Shown here piece by piece: positions 60,657-64,000 of a DNA stretch of 64,000 nt. This DNA comes from an uncultured cyanobacterium. GTDB taxonomy: Bacteria; Cyanobacteriota; Cyanobacteriia; Cyanobacteriales; CAWCAG01. A program made the position numbers and the translations under genes. The stretch lies in assembly GCA_963793425.1 (NCBI GenBank), contig CAWCAG010000005.1, positions 1,632,001 through 1,696,000 on the forward strand, written 5' to 3'. Each line of letters begins with the position of its first letter. The stretch's first letter is position 1. The notes under the pieces were generated by a model that searched no databases, was not told the origin of the DNA, and worked only from the letters and a program-made list of their open reading frames with translations.

Positions 60657-60730
60657 ATAACTTTCTTTCTCCTACATTTACTTTTAGGTAATAAAATTCA
60701 ACCCAAATTTCTTATTATAGCGGTTTATCT

Positions 60731-61276
60731 CTAAGAATAGACTTTGTTTTTCAAGACAGTGGGAATTTTTTCTAAAATTTGGTCAGCAATTTGCTCTGGA
60801 GATTGCTCTGGTTCAATCTTGATCTGTAAATCTGCTTGGGAATAAAGGGCTTGTCGCGTTGCGAGTAAAGAGCTTAACTTTGCGGTTGGATCTGTTTCTT
60901 TTAATAAAGGTCTGGTGGTATCTGTCGCCAGGCGCTTAACCAAAAGTTCCACAGGAGCATCTAACCAAACAATTAAACCGTGGTGCAGATAGCCCCAGTT
61001 TTCTTGTTTTAAAATCATACCTCCCCCTGTAGAAATGACGCTTTTAGTATAAGCACAGAGTTGTCCTAAAACTTGACTTTCTAACTCCCGGAAAACCTCT
61101 TCTCCTTGGGTTGCAAATATTTCTGTGATACTTTGCCCCGCAACTTTTTCTAACAAAATATCTGTATCAAAAAAACGGTAACTTAGCTTTTGACTTAAGC
61201 TTTTGCCCACACTAGTTTTCCCTACACCCATCATACCAATGAGGAAAACATCAATACCTTTTAAAGGGTTATTCAT
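60731..61276 (-). CDS. aroK: Shikimate kinase
   Basis: GMMGVGKT, FFDTD, GEEVFRELE, STGGG, RPLL. Confidence 0.95.
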   Translation of the reverse strand: MNNPLKGIDVFLIGMMGVGKTSVGKSLSQKLSYRFFDTDILLEKVAGQSITEIFATQGEEVFRELESQVLGQLCAYTKSVISTGGGMILKQENWGYLHHGLIVWLDAPVELLVKRLATDTTRPLLKETDPTAKLSSLLATRQALYSQADLQIKIEPEQSPEQIADQILEKIPTVLKNKVYS

Positions 61277-61588
61277 CGCTACTATTTATTATCTCTGGTT
61301 TTCTTTTCTAGATTATCGGGCAGCAAAAGTATCTTTATCAAGGAAACTTAAGACCAGTAACTAATTTATACCAAAGGCTATTGACATTGAGCTAGTATTT
61401 CTTTTACATTTTGCAGTAGCTTTACAGTAATTTGATTAATTACTAGTGCTATTACTCAAGGTCTTTTTCTTATTACGTTTTGTTGGGAAATTTTATCCCT
61501 AGTTCAATTACCGGGAATAACATAATTAAAGGCAAGACGGCTTCAGTATTTTCAAGGTGCATTTTTACTAAAAGTAGAGTTTAAGAAA

Positions 61589-61792
61589 ATGGAATTTATT
61601 CGCGATGTGGTTAGACAGGCTTTGGAAACTGGTTATTTAACGGTGGAAGCGGAAGAAATCTTAAGACAATTATTGAGGAAAAAATATGGTCAGGAGGATT
61701 TTGAAGCCTTTATGACTTTGCAACAAGCAGCAATGTTGGGCAGAGTGAGGCAACAATCACGGGAGTTGATTTTTTCAGTATGTAAGGACTAA
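61589..61792 (+). CDS. Small conserved cyanobacterial protein
   Basis: IRDVVRQALETGYLTVEAEE.LRQLL...DFEAFMTLQQAAM.GRVRQQSRE. Confidence 0.75.
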   Translation: MEFIRDVVRQALETGYLTVEAEEILRQLLRKKYGQEDFEAFMTLQQAAMLGRVRQQSRELIFSVCKD

Positions 61793-62358
61793 ATCCAGTC
61801 TTCCTCATCCTCTTCATCTCTTCCTACTTCTCCATTTTTGATATTCGGCGGTTCAATAACGCGATAGTTAGCGTCATGAATTTTATCGACTTTAGGCGAG
61901 TTTACTTTGTCTTGAGGGGGAAAGTAAACAGAGTTGAAGGAACTATCCGGAGAGGAGTTTGGTTCAACCTTTTCCTCTTGTTCTTTCTTCGGTTCAGGTT
62001 GGCTATTGGTAGGGGGATGTGTAGTGATTGGAGGTGGTTCAACGGGGGGATAAGAAGTTGAAGTTGGGGTTGGGGTTGGTTCTCTTCTATAATTGTTATT
62101 TCGTGGAGGAGGGGGAACAAAAGTTTCCGTTTTCCGAGTATCTTTTGGTGTTCGCCTAGGATTATAGTTAATCAGTTGCAAAACAATTCCTGTTAAAGCA
62201 CCTGCTAGTAAAAAAAGCAATAGCCATAATCCCACGGGCAAAGTTAAAGTCTTACTGCCAAAAAATACTAAAGGCAAAGCCGGAGAGAAGTTTTGCAACA
62301 AAAAAATTGTCCCTCCCCCAAACACAACCAGCAGTACCAACATACGAATTAGAGCCAT
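61789..62358 (-). CDS. LapA-like membrane protein with a Pro-rich tail
   Basis: LLQNFSPALPLVFFGSKTLTLPVGLW, C-terminal HDANYRVIEPP...EDW; start position uncertain. Confidence 0.65.
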   Translation of the reverse strand: MALIRMLVLLVVFGGGTIFLLQNFSPALPLVFFGSKTLTLPVGLWLLLFLLAGALTGIVLQLINYNPRRTPKDTRKTETFVPPPPRNNNYRREPTPTPTSTSYPPVEPPPITTHPPTNSQPEPKKEQEEKVEPNSSPDSSFNSVYFPPQDKVNSPKVDKIHDANYRVIEPPNIKNGEVGRDEEDEEDWI

Positions 62359-62435
62359 CTTGTTCAACAAGTAATTAAGTAACAACGCGATGTGCAACTA
62401 GCAATTAGCAATTAGCAATTAGCCACTAGCAATTA

Positions 62436-63041
62436 TCAATCTTCCTTCCACCGATTAATAGGTACACAATCAATATCTAACTGATCTAAAGCTCTTGCTA
62501 CAACAAAATCTACCAAATCTTCAATAGTTTGGGGATTGTGATACCAAGCAGGAATAGCAGGAACAACTCTCACCCCAGTTTCTGCCAACTGAGTTAAGTT
62601 ACGCAGATGAATTAAGCTTAAAGGAGTTTCCCTCGGTACAACAATTAGTTTACCCCCTTCCTTAAGTTGAACATCAGCAGCCCTCTCTAACAAATCTGAA
62701 CTCAAACCAGCAGCAATTTTCGCCACTGTACTCATACTACAGGGGACAATTATCATCCCTAAAGTACGAAAAGAACCACTAGCAATATTTGCCCCGACAT
62801 CTGCCCAACGGTGGCAATTTAGCTTACCTTTGGATTGTACTCCAGCTTGCTGTCTCCAAAACTGTTCTTGTTGTTCTGGTTCCGGGGGCATACGGATATT
62901 TTGTTCCGCTTGCCAAACCATATAGCTAGCTTTAGAAGCAACTAGTTCAATATGATACTCTGCCTCTAAAAGAAATTTCAAAGCACGTACAGCATAAATT
63001 AAACCAGAAGCACCGGAAATTCCTAAAATTAAAGGTTTCAT
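62436..63041 (-). CDS. ubiX: Flavin prenyltransferase
   Basis: LILGISGASG, IASGSF, PCSMST, ERAADVQLKE, PRETP; likely start is the ATG at 63041. Confidence 0.95.
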   Translation of the reverse strand: MKPLILGISGASGLIYAVRALKFLLEAEYHIELVASKASYMVWQAEQNIRMPPEPEQQEQFWRQQAGVQSKGKLNCHRWADVGANIASGSFRTLGMIIVPCSMSTVAKIAAGLSSDLLERAADVQLKEGGKLIVVPRETPLSLIHLRNLTQLAETGVRVVPAIPAWYHNPQTIEDLVDFVVARALDQLDIDCVPINRWKED

Positions 63042-63320
63042 GTTTTGAGGAGATAGGGAGATAAAGTTTTGTTTTATCAGGAGGGAAAAAGCACGACTAC
63101 AAAGCACTTTTCTTCATCTTATCTTTAAAAAACTCCCTTTTTTAATGAAACTTCTATGAAGATGGGAAAAACAACTACTTTTAGTTAGATTTCTCTGTTT
63201 AACTAGAAATACGACAACTGAGATTGCGATTTCTGCATTGAGAAAAATCACCTTACAGTTAGCGCGATCGTATCACCTCCTCTGCTATCAATTTTTGTTT
63301 TTCGGAGAACTTAAAGGAAA

Positions 63321-63899
63321 ATGGTCAAGAATTTATTCGCTCAATTTGCTACAGTAACTGCTAGTCTTGCTTTGAGTTTAGGAGTAATGGAAGTTAATTC
63401 AGCAAAAGCTGCTACCTTTACTGAAGTAGGAGATGCAGGTTCTACAATTTCAACGGCTCAGGATGTAGGAGATGGCATTGATAAGATTGAAGGCTCCCTA
63501 GATACGGTAAGCGGAATTCCTGACATGGACGTATTTAAACTAACTTACAGTACAGACATCATCTTTTCTGCATTTAACTTAGAGCCTTTTAGCATTCAAT
63601 TTGCAGACATTTTTCTTTTGAATGATAGCGGCACCGAAGTATTTTCTTGTCTAGACTGCTTTTTTAGCGATGGCGATGATGGGACGGAAATTTTTGGTGG
63701 TTTCCTAGCAGCAGGGGAATACTTCTTAAAAGTTTCAGATCGTTTTAGCTCCCAGTTTGGTTCTTATAGCGTAGAAGTTACTACTACTACAGTTCCCGAA
63801 CCAGCTTCTATGCTAGGTTTGCTTGCTATTGGCGCGATGGGTGTAGGTTCAACCCTCCAAAGAAAAAAAAAGGGGATGCTTAGAATCTCGACTTGCTGA
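63321..63899 (+). CDS. PEP-CTERM sorting domain protein
   Basis: Signal peptide ending AKA, FTEVGDAG, then C-terminal VPEPASMLGLLAIG, a TM segment and RKKK. Confidence 0.9.
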   Translation: MVKNLFAQFATVTASLALSLGVMEVNSAKAATFTEVGDAGSTISTAQDVGDGIDKIEGSLDTVSGIPDMDVFKLTYSTDIIFSAFNLEPFSIQFADIFLLNDSGTEVFSCLDCFFSDGDDGTEIFGGFLAAGEYFLKVSDRFSSQFGSYSVEVTTTTVPEPASMLGLLAIGAMGVGSTLQRKKKGMLRISTC

Positions 63900-64000
63900 A
63901 GAAGCGAAATGAAACTAACTGAAGGGATTTTATTAGCCAGGGAGCTAGGGAAGTAATCAATAATAGACTCTTCCCTTTCAAGAAACACTGATATGAAACT

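Overview
AT-rich cyanobacterial chromosomal window, judged from frequent HIP1 GCGATCGC octamers, heptamer STRR tandem repeats, ndhM, sigC, ycf66, urt/ure genes and an NtcA promoter. The housekeeping genes look intact: rsmH, malic enzyme, ndhM, leuD, sigC, priA, urtABCDE, ureFG, rpsD, aroK and ubiX. Many accessory genes are broken, often by a central deletion that leaves both the 5' and 3' ends. The most interesting items are: (1) two paralogous polymorphic-toxin-like cassettes (21.4-25.2 kb and 42.1-43.9 kb), with a shared eCIS/DUF4157-type N-terminus, strings of immunity-like genes and repeated immunity-gene stubs; (2) an eroding type III-B (Cmr) CRISPR effector operon with a centrally deleted CARF (APE2256-like) gene, lying between urtA and ureG, with no array, cas6 or cas1/2 in the window; (3) a ~120 bp promoter-containing non-coding element present twice, just after cmr6 and just before a metallophosphoesterase gene, which looks like an orphaned CRISPR leader; (4) a doubly inactivated type II restriction-modification pair; (5) IS630 remnants, including a third inverted-repeat end that brackets a crp remnant. 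Some single-base frameshifts in homopolymer runs may be sequencing errors. All family calls come from motif recognition; no database search was run.
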